DNA of 64,000 bases from Histomonas meleagridis 2922-C6/04-290x (lineage: Eukaryota; Protista; Parabasalia), in assembly GCA_020184695.1 (NCBI GenBank), contig JAANOX010000243.1:1-64000 (forward strand), read 5' to 3'. Position 1 is the first letter of the stretch; each line of letters starts with the position of its first letter. Position numbers and translations under genes: made by a program. Positions 10,730 through 21,516 of this stretch are shown here, piece by piece. The notes beneath the pieces were generated by a model. The model was not told the DNA's origin and searched no databases. It saw nothing but the letters and a program-made list of their open reading frames with translations.

Positions 10730-12068
10730 TATGTAAAAAATGTTTAAATTCATTTGTTTTAAATGATTTTACTTGGTAAAAATAAAAAGTTTTATGTTAT
10801 CATTTGTTTTAATATTGAAGATATAAATAGTAATCATTTTTTGTTTAAGTAAACATGAATATTAATTCCTTTTCGTTCAAAAAGAAATTCAAAAACTTTC
10901 GTATTTTTATTTTCAATGATGAAAAATATTTAAATTTTAACACCATAATATAACCATAAAACCTTAGCTTATCGAAACATGCATATGATACAAAAATATC
11001 AATGCGTTTTGTTTTCTTGCTTGAGCAATTTTAATGCATTAAAAAAATTCAAATAAAATTTTTTTAAATCCAATAATATCATCATTAATATCTCTCTTTG
11101 TAAAGTTGATTTCAAATAGAAATCGAGGTTCAATCAAAATATAAATTTCAAGAATTGATATCAATTCATCAATTGAAAAAATTAGGGTAATACTCATGTG
11201 AATCAGTAATTACTAATTTGCTTGGACAAAATAAATGTTCGAGATATTGTGCGCTAAATATATTCTGGGTGAAATTAGAAAAGTAGTTAAAAGAAGAACA
11301 ACAAATAAAATATATTTATATTCATAACTAATTTAATATTAAATTAATTTACACCATATGAGATCCTTTAAAAACGCAAATATATGATATCTCGATGTCA
11401 GCTTTATAAAATGTTGTTTTTATGAAAAATTTATTCGATATTTTTTGGCTTATGATATCATAGGTGAGCTCACCACCCTCAAATAAATGCCAATCAGAAA
11501 AAATTTTGACGACAAAACCGTAAAAAACTTTTTTAAATAGTTAATTATAATTATTAAATTATATAATTATATATCATTTTTTAGTGTCATGTCCGATAAG
11601 CAAGATAAACTCATCTCTGTTTCTGACAATTATTATTTGATTTATGATAAAAAAGGATTTTTCGCGGTTTTGAATGAAATTCTGATTATTCGGTTCGAGC
11701 TCAAATATTAATATCATCGTAACAACAAAATTAGACAAGAAAGCACTTTAAATATTTATGAGATTTGGAAGTAAATAATTAATGAATTTTTGTAATTTTA
11801 CATATTTTTAATATTTTATTTATCAATCATTAATTCTATTAGATTTAAATATACATGGTTTTATCTATTCTAATAATTCAATTTGAAGTACAAGAAAAAA
11901 CAAGCATGATTTCAAAACTTTACTCAACCAATTAAATTTAATCGTTTTTGAGTGAAAATAACCCGACCAAACCGTTAAGCCAAAAAAATTCTGCCGCCGC
12001 TTTTTGAGAGGCGATCGGTTTTTCACAGAAATATTTAACTTTTTGAATTTATCGAAACATTTTCTCAC

Positions 12069-13193
12069 ATGGGTTGTTTCGCCTCAAAAACAGACGACGC
12101 AAGTAAACCAAAGAGTACAAAACCAAGCCAACCACAAAATGATACTCCTGAACCAGCCGCTACTCCACAAGCATCGACTCCAAACGATAATTCCATTAAA
12201 ATTACGCCTGGTGAATTTGACGACCATGATATAAAGATTCTTACCCTTGGAGCAGGTGAGTGTGGAAAGTCAACCATTTGGAGACAGTTGAAACTAATAT
12301 ATTGTGGAGGTTTCAGCGAAGAAGAAAGAATGGCAATGAAATCAGTTATTAACATCAACCTTATCTATGATATAAAAGCGTTAATTGACGCCCAAAAGAG
12401 AAATGGTCAATCAGTCGCTGCAGAGCTTTCAGGATGCATTGATGATATTTCTAGCCTTCAACTTAACGAAGATGAATTGATCCCAGAAATTGCTCAAGAA
12501 ATCAAGCAAATCTGGAACGACCCTATCATGAAAGTTACATACAAAGAAAATAATTCCATCGGAATTGGAGATAACGCAGCATATTTCTTTGACAAAGTTG
12601 AGCAGATTGCACAACAAGACTATGTCCCAACTAACGAGGATCTTCTCAAGAGCCGTATCAGAACTACAGGTATTTCTGATATCAACTTCTTCATTGACAA
12701 CAACATCAAGACACAATTAGTTGATGTTGGTGGTCAAAAGAGTGAAAGAGCTAGGTGGCCACGTTGTTTCCAAGGCGTTAACTTCCTTCTTTTTGTTGTT
12801 TCGTTATCTGATTTTGATCAATGCATGTTCGAAGATGAGGCAACAACACGTACTGACGACTCCAAGGAACTTTTCGGAAGCATCGCAAACTCAGAGGTAT
12901 TCAAGAATAAGCCAATTTTCCTTGTTTTAAACAAAGTCGATGTATTCAAGGCAAAACTCGAAAACCATCCAGAGAAGTTCCAGCAGGCATACTCTGACTT
13001 CAGAGGCGACACATCCAACCCAGACGAATGCATTGAACATGTCAAACAAACATTCCTCTCCGAATTAAAGCCAGACCGAGCAGAATCTGCGTGGGTTCAA
13101 GTCATCCCAACTTGTGCTATGGAAGAACAGAGCATTCGTAACTTATTCCAAATTGTTGCTCAAAAAGTTGTTGAATTTCACCGCCAACAGTAA
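12069..13193 (+). CDS. Heterotrimeric G-protein alpha subunit, 374 aa
   Basis: MGC lipidation motif, GAGECGKST P-loop, RIRTTG, DVGGQ, NKVD, TCA. Confidence 0.97.
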   Translation: MGCFASKTDDASKPKSTKPSQPQNDTPEPAATPQASTPNDNSIKITPGEFDDHDIKILTLGAGECGKSTIWRQLKLIYCGGFSEEERMAMKSVININLIYDIKALIDAQKRNGQSVAAELSGCIDDISSLQLNEDELIPEIAQEIKQIWNDPIMKVTYKENNSIGIGDNAAYFFDKVEQIAQQDYVPTNEDLLKSRIRTTGISDINFFIDNNIKTQLVDVGGQKSERARWPRCFQGVNFLLFVVSLSDFDQCMFEDEATTRTDDSKELFGSIANSEVFKNKPIFLVLNKVDVFKAKLENHPEKFQQAYSDFRGDTSNPDECIEHVKQTFLSELKPDRAESAWVQVIPTCAMEEQSIRNLFQIVAQKVVEFHRQQ

Positions 13194-14526
13194 TAAACAA
13201 TTTGATTCTTATTTGAACGATAATCCGTTATATCATTGTCACTTTTAATTATTTAAATTCAGCCGCTTACAAATTCGTTATCAAAAACGTTTTTGCGTTC
13301 AAATTCAACGGTTTAAAGTGACACGATTTGATTTGTCAGTTCACTTAAACAGGAAAGAAAAATCGGTTTTTCTTGTAATTTCGGATTATTTTGAATAATT
13401 ATGTTAGGTGAGTAGAATATATACATATATATTTGCATATTAAATGATACTATTTCATCGAATATTTAATGATATTTAAAAAAAAAACAGTCCAAACCTG
13501 AAAATATTTATATTGGAGTGCCCTGGTCAAGACCGATGTGTTTGAAAAATTATGGACATTTTTTGATTGATTTTCAGATAAAAGTTTTGCTTTTTGGGAG
13601 GATAATTCGGTTAGTAGTCAAAACAGATAGGGTTTGATTTGACAGCCGATACGCATACAAAATCGACACTTTTACCTGGAAAACTATCGAAATTTCATAT
13701 ATTAATTTATTCATTACACGAAGCATCAAACGAAATTTTGAAAATATTAAAAAAATCAATTTTTTATTTATGAAATTTTACAAAGACAGATTTTTGAAAT
13801 TTTGCTTATATATCGAAATTCCATCACAAAAAATTCCTCTTATAAAATTTTATATAACTTTGTTGAAACATACTAGAACTAATGTAGATCATATTTATGC
13901 AAAAATAATTTGCAAAAATTAATTTTTGATGGAAATACAAAGTGATCAATGATGAGAGGGAAATTTTTAAAATTGAATATTTTCATCTGAAACTTAATTT
14001 AAACAAAAGGTTACACAGAAATAATAAATGTACTTCGTGAAAAAAGTGAGAACGAAAATTCTAAATGTCATCTTTAATAACACCAGATCTTCATTTTCAA
14101 TAAGAAATAGAAATGAAGCGTACATTGCTAATAATGATCAAAATCAACTCAAAGTTTGAATGTTCATCTAAAACAATCGAAATAATTGTATCAAAATAAA
14201 AGTTGATATAAACATGCAAACATATGAAAATAACAATATGACAAATATCCCCACAACGCAAAATGGAAATTCATAAAAACATTAATGTTATAAAGTGCAT
14301 TATAAGAAAAACTTCAACAAAAAAAATTTTGGAAACAACATTACAAAGATAATGCATGGATTTTTTATAATAATCGCTTTGGGTTAAATTGAATCGAAAT
14401 TTTGATATCTGCAAATGTTCTTAAGGTATTTTTCCTTATTTAATAATAATTTCATTTGTTGCGTCGTTGTTTAGAAAATGAAACAGTTTAATTTCCTATT
14501 ACAAAAGTTATACACATAAACAAGTG

Positions 14527-14680
14527 ACTTTTTGACATTGACATGCTTGGAAGCACATTAAATAGATACTATTAGAATTTACCAAAGTAAACTTGAATTT
14601 TTTTTGAGAACAATATATTTAAAATATTTTTTGAATAACAGCTACCTTTGTAAGATTATATTCTCTTAGAAATTATATTA
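14527..14680 (+). repeat. Dispersed intergenic repeat, copy 1 (homologous to ~28497-28650)
   Basis: Shared collinear blocks TTTTTGAC.TTGAC.TGC, CATTAAATAGATA, ATTAGAATTTACCAAA.TAAA, TATTTTTTGA..AACA.CTACCTT. Confidence 0.7.
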
Positions 14681-15235
14681 ATAGATCATAGCAAATATAA
14701 AACCAAGATTAATGAATTTTAATTTTTGAAACCAAAAACCCTATGAAATGTCATGAATTTTTTCATAGTGATTGCATTGGGTGAAAAATAATAATAATAA
14801 ATATATTGCTAAGGTTGGTAAAAGTTGATGATCATAGATGACGTATCGTTTGCCATTTTCATTGATAATAAAAAAGTGTCACTCACGGTAACGATCACCT
14901 TGTTATTTTTTACCAACCTCAAATATCGAATTAATTTTGATTTCATATTTGAATCAGTAAGATTTACATGTAATATTGATGTACATAATTATATAGGCCA
15001 ATTTTTTCCAATTCTACTTAATTGGCATAATAATTAGTATGATATTAATAATAATTAGTAAAGCCAAATTCAATACTTTATATCAGAAATTAAGATCTTA
15101 ATAGTATAATACTATTAATGAATTCCAATCAAAATTGAAACCAATATTGACTTATTTACATTATCATATTCATTCAAAATTTTATATGAGTTTTCGCAAT
15201 GTTTCCAAAAAGTTTAAAAGTGGTGCCTTCATTTC

Positions 15236-15946
15236 ATGAAGGCTGTTTGCCTTGGCTCTGGTGGATATTTTACAACCGAGACAAATTTCACAGTCTGCTT
15301 TATGGTACCTGAATTAGGCATTATTTTTGATTGTGGATCTGGACTATTTCGTGCATCAAAATATATTCAAACAAAAGATTTACACATATTTTTATCACAT
15401 GCGCATTTGGACCATATTATTGGCCTTGGAAATGTTAAGGTTTTAAATGCAAAAATTTATATACATGCAACACAAAGTGTTTTAGATTCTCTTGATGTAA
15501 TTTTAAATCCTCCATTTGTTGGTAGCCATCCGAATTATATAGGTGTTCCATTGGACAAAGAAAATCCTGTTTGCTTAGAAAATGGCTCCAAAATATATCA
15601 TTTTGATGTTGCGCATTCTTGTCCGTGCAAAGGTTTTAGACTTGAATATAATGGCAAGTCATTGTGTTTCATTACAGATACAACTTCTAATGCTGAATCA
15701 AGCTATTTACAATATGCGAAAAATTCCAATTTACTTATACACGAATGTTACTATACAAACGAAAAAAAGAAGCTATCACACACATGTCCGGAAGATTTAA
15801 TTGAGTTCCTCAAACTTGCGAATCCAGAGAAAACATTAACCATTCACCACAATCCGAATGGGAATAAAGGTCAATTACTGAATGAGCTAAAGAAACAAAT
15901 TCCGAACATTGAATGCGCAGAAGAAAATAAGGAATATCTAATATAA
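15236..15946 (+). CDS. Metallo-beta-lactamase-fold hydrolase, short tRNase Z/RNase BN-like, 236 aa
   Basis: LGSGG N-terminal motif, FDCGSG, SHAHLDH (HxHxDH), VAHS, ITDT, LLIHEC, TIHH. Confidence 0.88.
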   Translation: MKAVCLGSGGYFTTETNFTVCFMVPELGIIFDCGSGLFRASKYIQTKDLHIFLSHAHLDHIIGLGNVKVLNAKIYIHATQSVLDSLDVILNPPFVGSHPNYIGVPLDKENPVCLENGSKIYHFDVAHSCPCKGFRLEYNGKSLCFITDTTSNAESSYLQYAKNSNLLIHECYYTNEKKKLSHTCPEDLIEFLKLANPEKTLTIHHNPNGNKGQLLNELKKQIPNIECAEENKEYLI

Positions 15947-16244
15947 AATAAAAAAAATTGATAAAATTATTGAAAAATATTTGAGTAAATGTAAATTCAA
16001 TTTAATGAAAGACAATAAATTAGTAAAAGCATTGGTTTAAAAAGATTTAATTCGAAATCATTCTTCAATGCAAATCTCGATCTTAAATATGAAACTTTTA
16101 TATCTATGAATGCTTTATATTCCTTGGGCTGATGCAAATGAAATAAGAGGTAAATTATAAAAAGCAGTTGTTTTTTTGGAATAAAACATTAGAAGAAATT
16201 GTCAATTGAATTTTGGAACGTTTATAATTAAACCGTTAACAAAA

Positions 16245-16619
16245 ATGAGCAGAAGAAAAAAAGGAATTTGTGAAAAAGCAGTTGATAGGCTAGAAGAAAA
16301 TGGCTACTTGATGAGCATGCGTGCTGAAATGAAGGCAGAGGTTATGAAGTGTATAGTTGAAATGGAAGATCAAGGTGAAATCCCACCACATCTTCGAATT
16401 AAGCGATACACACCTACAAATGATGAAACAATACAAGCATTAGCCTATGTTGAAGAATTTATGAAATTTCATGGACTTGAAAATTCACTTACATGCTTAA
16501 GAGCAGAATTAAATGCTGAGATCCCAACAATAAAAAGTGGGAAAAATCAAAGCAAACTAGCCGAAGCAATAATGTACAAAGAAAATGATATTGAATTTTC
16601 AAAATCACTCCAAAAATGA
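16245..16619 (+). CDS. Small LisH/FOP-dimerisation protein (FOP/CEP20/TON1-like), 124 aa
   Basis: LEENGYLMSMRAEMKAEV followed by LisH-like VEEFMKFHGLENSLTCLRAE; ATG at 16245 follows an AAACCGTTAA motif. Confidence 0.7.
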   Translation: MSRRKKGICEKAVDRLEENGYLMSMRAEMKAEVMKCIVEMEDQGEIPPHLRIKRYTPTNDETIQALAYVEEFMKFHGLENSLTCLRAELNAEIPTIKSGKNQSKLAEAIMYKENDIEFSKSLQK

Positions 16620-16764
16620 TCACTTGCAAATCTTTTTATAATCACTGTTTTATTATAATAAATATGATAACCTTTATGTTTTCATCTTTTAATTTAATCT
16701 TATGAATCATTAAGTTTGTTTTGTGAAAGTTGAATTTAAACGAACCCTTCAAACAAACGTATGA

Positions 16765-19713
16765 ATGGATGTTGATTCTAAATGGCAAAAGAACACTAGT
16801 AAAAAGATAGTACAAATGACAATGAATGTATACAGACTACACACATACAGCTTGGATAATAAAGATAGAATTGATCAAAAAATTGTAGAATATCAAGATG
16901 AAATTAAACAGATCAAAGCAATATCTGAAAAAAATATCAAAAAATCTCTTCAAAAAAATGAAAAATATAAACCATTAATTGAAGATACTGTAAAATCGGA
17001 ATTTGAAACAAAATATCAGCAAATCAAAGTCGAATTTGAAAAAGTCAAAGAAAATGTTGATAAAAAATCAAACATTATTTTAAACAATGCAACAAGGCAG
17101 CTCTCTGAAATAAACACCAAGGTTTTAAATCTTGAAAATCAAGTAAATCAAATTAATAATTTCATACAAGAAGCTGAAGGTGAAATTCGAAAGCTTCATG
17201 AAATTGCTTCTAATAAGATTGAAAAAAAGAAACAAAGTGAACTTGAAAAACATATTAAGGAAGCAAATTCTGAGTATGAAATTGTTTGCTCAAAAGCCAC
17301 TAAAAATGAAGAAGAAACTCGTCAAGAGCTCGAAGAAGAGCTCGATGAATATAAAAAAGCATTAACGACCTCCAGACAAACGACAATTGAAGCAATTGAA
17401 AAAAGGCGGAAAGAATTTCAGACAAACATCGAAAACATCCAAACGAATAAACTTGACGCATCGATTGAATCACTTCTTATGTTGTTTGAGTCACAAAAAT
17501 CGGAATCAGAAAATCATATAAAGACATTTGAAAAATGTAATGAAAAAATCATTTTTGCTATTCAAAAGAAGTATAATCAATCACAAAACAATTTTGCTGA
17601 ATACAAAGCACAGCAAATATCAAAGATTCAAATACTAAAAGACCAAATAAATTCAGAAAAACAACAACACGAAAATTACATTAAACAACTTAAGTTAACA
17701 CTTGAGCAAGAAAAAGAGAAATATTTGAAACTTCTTCATCAATATGAAGAAAAATCAAAAAATTTATTATCAGCTGATGAAAAAAGTCAAAAACTTAATG
17801 ACAAATATCAATTAGAAATGGAAAACTTAAATACATTTTTTACAAATAATATCGAAGAAGCTCATCAAAGAGAAATTAATGAACATCTTCATATGATTGA
17901 AATGCAACAAAAACATTTTGATGAAATTATTAAAATTAGAAAAATGATGGAAAACAAAATCGAAGAATCAAAAAATGAAAACGAAAAATTAAAAAACAAA
18001 TTTATAAATGAAATTAATGAAATCAAAAACAATGAAATTGAGAAAACGAAATTAATACAAAACAAAATGAAAGAAAATTCTGCTCAATCACAAAATATTA
18101 TAAATGAATATCAAAGAGAAATCGAAAAAATTAAAATCGAAATGTTGAAACTGAAACAAGAAATGGAAATTAATATAATAAATTTAAATTTCATTCATTC
18201 GAATGAAATATCATTAATTAAAAAGAAAAACGACGAAATTATAAAAAATTTCGAAAACGAATCAGAAGAAAAAAATCGAGAATTAGATATAACTAATTTA
18301 GAATCAACAGAAAATCTTAAAAAGAAATTTATTTTAGATTCGAAAATATTAGAAGAAAAATATAATAACAATTTAAAACAAAAAATAAATGAAATAAAAT
18401 ACGAAAACAAAAATAAACAAATTGAAGAATTCCAATTAAAAAATGATATAATGAATGAACAAATCGATGAAATAAATCAAATCATCGAAAATAAAATTGA
18501 TGAAAAAACAAATTTAGAAATAACAAATAAAAATTTAATAATTTCTCGTCAAAGTCATATAACAAAACTCAAAAAAGAATTAGAAAAAAATGAAATAAAA
18601 TGGCAAGAAGAAAGACAAAATTATATAAACGAATGGAATAAAAAGTTCGAAAACTTAAAAATACAATTTCAAGATGAAGCTAAACTTAATGAAGATGCAC
18701 GAAGAATGACAAAAGAAAAATATTTAATCAAAATGAATGAATTACGTAATGAATTGGATGAAATCGAAAAAAATAAAATGGAAACAATTCAACAATTTAA
18801 AGAAAAGAAAATAATCGAAATGAATACAAATGAAAATAAAATTAAATCAATAAAAAATGATTTTGAAATAGAATCTAATAAACATATAAAGAATATTGAA
18901 GAAATAAATATAAAAATTAAAAATCTCAAAGAAGAAAATGAAAGAGAATTAAAAAATTTTGTTTTAACTAAAGAAAATGAATTAAATGAATATAAAAAAG
19001 AATTAAAAAATGTTATCAATGAAGGAAGAAAAAACACAAAAGAAATTAAAGAAAAACTTTATAACATTAAAAGAAATCATCAAAATGAACTTTTAGATAA
19101 AAGAATCGATTTATATAAATTCGATTTTGAAACACAAAGAAATTTAAAGAAATTAAAACGAAAAAAAGAATTCGAATTAAAACAAAAATTAATTAAGCAA
19201 AATCATCAAATTGAAATGAAAGAAATAGAATTACAATTAAAGAAAGAAGAAAATGAACAAATTCGATATCTGAAAATAGAAACAAATGAAAAAATTAATG
19301 CAAATCATCAAAAAAATATTTCGGATCTAAACGAAAAATATAAGAATGAAAGAAAAAGAATTAAAAAAGAAAACAAAAGCGCAATCGAAGAGAAACAAAA
19401 AATGATCGATGAGTTTCAAAATAAAGATTCAATTGACAAATCAGAAATAATATTAGAAGACACTGAATATATTAAAAGAATCGAAGAAATCGTTTTAGAA
19501 AGAGCTGATTTCATAGAAAAATTTAATAAAAATTTCAAAAACATTCGAAAATTATTAATCTCTCATGAAACAAATTACCAAAAAGCTTTCACAGGAGAAC
19601 CTCCGCAACAATCGTTGAACCCAATAAATGATCAAAAGCCAAAAATAGAGTCGAGTTTCGGTTCTCAAAAAAGAATTCCTGCTCTTGTGTCTCCGCGACC
19701 GTTTAATAAATAA
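16765..19713 (+). CDS. Large K/E-rich coiled-coil protein, FAM184-like N-terminus, 982 aa
   Basis: Continuous heptads; SKKIVQMTMNVYRLHT recalls the FAM184 N-terminal motif (from memory, not searched). Confidence 0.75.
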   Translation: MDVDSKWQKNTSKKIVQMTMNVYRLHTYSLDNKDRIDQKIVEYQDEIKQIKAISEKNIKKSLQKNEKYKPLIEDTVKSEFETKYQQIKVEFEKVKENVDKKSNIILNNATRQLSEINTKVLNLENQVNQINNFIQEAEGEIRKLHEIASNKIEKKKQSELEKHIKEANSEYEIVCSKATKNEEETRQELEEELDEYKKALTTSRQTTIEAIEKRRKEFQTNIENIQTNKLDASIESLLMLFESQKSESENHIKTFEKCNEKIIFAIQKKYNQSQNNFAEYKAQQISKIQILKDQINSEKQQHENYIKQLKLTLEQEKEKYLKLLHQYEEKSKNLLSADEKSQKLNDKYQLEMENLNTFFTNNIEEAHQREINEHLHMIEMQQKHFDEIIKIRKMMENKIEESKNENEKLKNKFINEINEIKNNEIEKTKLIQNKMKENSAQSQNIINEYQREIEKIKIEMLKLKQEMEINIINLNFIHSNEISLIKKKNDEIIKNFENESEEKNRELDITNLESTENLKKKFILDSKILEEKYNNNLKQKINEIKYENKNKQIEEFQLKNDIMNEQIDEINQIIENKIDEKTNLEITNKNLIISRQSHITKLKKELEKNEIKWQEERQNYINEWNKKFENLKIQFQDEAKLNEDARRMTKEKYLIKMNELRNELDEIEKNKMETIQQFKEKKIIEMNTNENKIKSIKNDFEIESNKHIKNIEEINIKIKNLKEENERELKNFVLTKENELNEYKKELKNVINEGRKNTKEIKEKLYNIKRNHQNELLDKRIDLYKFDFETQRNLKKLKRKKEFELKQKLIKQNHQIEMKEIELQLKKEENEQIRYLKIETNEKINANHQKNISDLNEKYKNERKRIKKENKSAIEEKQKMIDEFQNKDSIDKSEIILEDTEYIKRIEEIVLERADFIEKFNKNFKNIRKLLISHETNYQKAFTGEPPQQSLNPINDQKPKIESSFGSQKRIPALVSPRPFNK

Positions 19714-19928
19714 AATGTTGTCACTTTTTTCAAATGCAAGTAATTTTTTTGAAGAAAATTCTTTTTCAGGCTTTGTTGGAGAAAAAAATTGCCACAATCC
19801 AATGATCTTGAAGCACCGTCTTACGGTTATGATAATAGTAAAATATTTTTACAAAAGATGAAACAAATTTGTTCTATAAAAGGATATATTGGAAAGAATT
19901 AGAAATATTTATTTCAAAATAAGGATAT

Positions 19929-20117
19929 TCATTCGATTTGTCCTTGTTGGGCCTGCATTTTAGTTAGTTCAATGCCTTTAAGATATTGATCTGATGGAGT
20001 AAAGGTTCCGTCATAAGAAAATAACCCAAGGACTTTAGAATTACCGAGCCCTCCGATCACACAGAGTAGCCAAGCAATCCATGCAATTCCATAGACGATT
20101 CCCCAAACAGGTATCAT
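19929..20117 (-). CDS. Candidate 62-aa single-pass membrane microprotein
   Basis: ATG start, coding-like composition, hydrophobic WGIVYGIAWIAWLLCVIGGLG, occupies its own intergenic slot. Confidence 0.5.
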   Translation of the reverse strand: MIPVWGIVYGIAWIAWLLCVIGGLGNSKVLGLFSYDGTFTPSDQYLKGIELTKMQAQQGQIE

Positions 20118-20436
20118 GTAAACGACACTTCCTGGCGAATTAAAAACCGAAAAATCTATTCAATTTAACCCATAACCTTATCAAAAAATGTGTTGGTTTC
20201 AATCAAGGAAACCCACAAAACAACCCCTTTCAGTTGGATTTTCCAAAAGTTTGTGACTATTAGATTCTCCATTGCTTAACTTCAACTTCTTTTCTTTTAA
20301 GGCGTTTGTTATTTTTTTATTTTTGAAGTTGTAAATCAGATTTTTTCTATAATTGCATTTCAAATCAAATCTTACTTGTTGCTATCAGTAAAAATTTTAA
20401 AGAAAAACATTGTCACGTAAAACTCGAAGATAGTGT

Positions 20437-21354
20437 TTATTGAACATTTTGACTTGTATCATAATTTTCAAACTTTTTCAACAAAAATTTATATTCTTTT
20501 GAAGTTATCCATTGATTTACCCATTCCAAATTTACTAATTGTCTGTTGTGCATTTCTTTAGCGTTTGCAGGGTTGGTACAAACAGTTAAAAAAGTTTCAA
20601 ATGATTGATCCAAATAATTTTGTACCAAACTTATTGTTGTCAATCCGAAAGATAACAACGGCGTTGTGCCAAATGCTAAAAATTGGTCAAAAATGAAGAA
20701 GTTCATTTCTGGATCAAAATTAATATTTAAAAAACATGTGCTAAACCAATGAGGAACAAAGATTATCGAGTTAACATTATGTTGTTTGAGCGCATTTGAA
20801 ACTTTTGGAAATTTTTTTTCAATTAAATAATCAACAATAACCGAATTTTTCCTAAGAAGTGGAAAATTGTTGGTGAAATATAAACGATGTGGAACAGTAG
20901 ATAAATGCATTAGGGAATAAAATCCCCAAAATGCAGTCTCTTCTTCAAATTTTAAGACAAACATTGCTGCAATAAAATTCATCCCTTGAACATAACCTAT
21001 TTCTGTGTCAACATTTGCATATGCAATTAATATATTGCGTAATGCTTGGCTTTTGTTATTTTTGTTATTGATTATTTTTGGAAATGTTCGTGGAACATCA
21101 CAATATATAATTCGAAGCGTTTCTTCATCTGGTTTTGTAGTGAGTAAATCCTTATATTTAAAATTGCTTTTCCTTTTGGCTTCCTCTGCATTCGTCAAAA
21201 GAAGCCATACTTTTGAACGATAATTATCAGGTATTCCAGATCTGAGTGATCTTATAATTAACTTTCGATTATTCTTTAATAAATATTTCCAGTTTTCTAC
21301 TATATATTCCCAATCGCCAACTAGTTTTGCTTCATTTTGTTTGCATTCCTCCAT
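20437..21354 (-). CDS. TBC-domain Rab GTPase-activating protein, 305 aa
   Basis: GIPDNYRSKVW, IIYCDVPRTFP (Arg finger), GYVQGMNFIAA (Gln finger). Confidence 0.95.
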   Translation of the reverse strand: MEECKQNEAKLVGDWEYIVENWKYLLKNNRKLIIRSLRSGIPDNYRSKVWLLLTNAEEAKRKSNFKYKDLLTTKPDEETLRIIYCDVPRTFPKIINNKNNKSQALRNILIAYANVDTEIGYVQGMNFIAAMFVLKFEEETAFWGFYSLMHLSTVPHRLYFTNNFPLLRKNSVIVDYLIEKKFPKVSNALKQHNVNSIIFVPHWFSTCFLNINFDPEMNFFIFDQFLAFGTTPLLSFGLTTISLVQNYLDQSFETFLTVCTNPANAKEMHNRQLVNLEWVNQWITSKEYKFLLKKFENYDTSQNVQ

Positions 21355-21516
21355 TCTAACGTATTTATTGTTTGAATAGTTTACAATATGTCACCGGAAA
21401 AATTTGAAAATTCAAATGAAAGATATTTGATTCAATCTTTAACCTTAAGGTTCTCTAACTGTAAATAAGCCTCATTGGAAATAATGTGATAAATATTTAC
21501 TAATTATCTATTTTCA

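Noticed and set aside
11463-11474. 12-bp palindrome GGTGAGCTCACC
   Set aside because: A single short palindrome with no second copy or supporting context.
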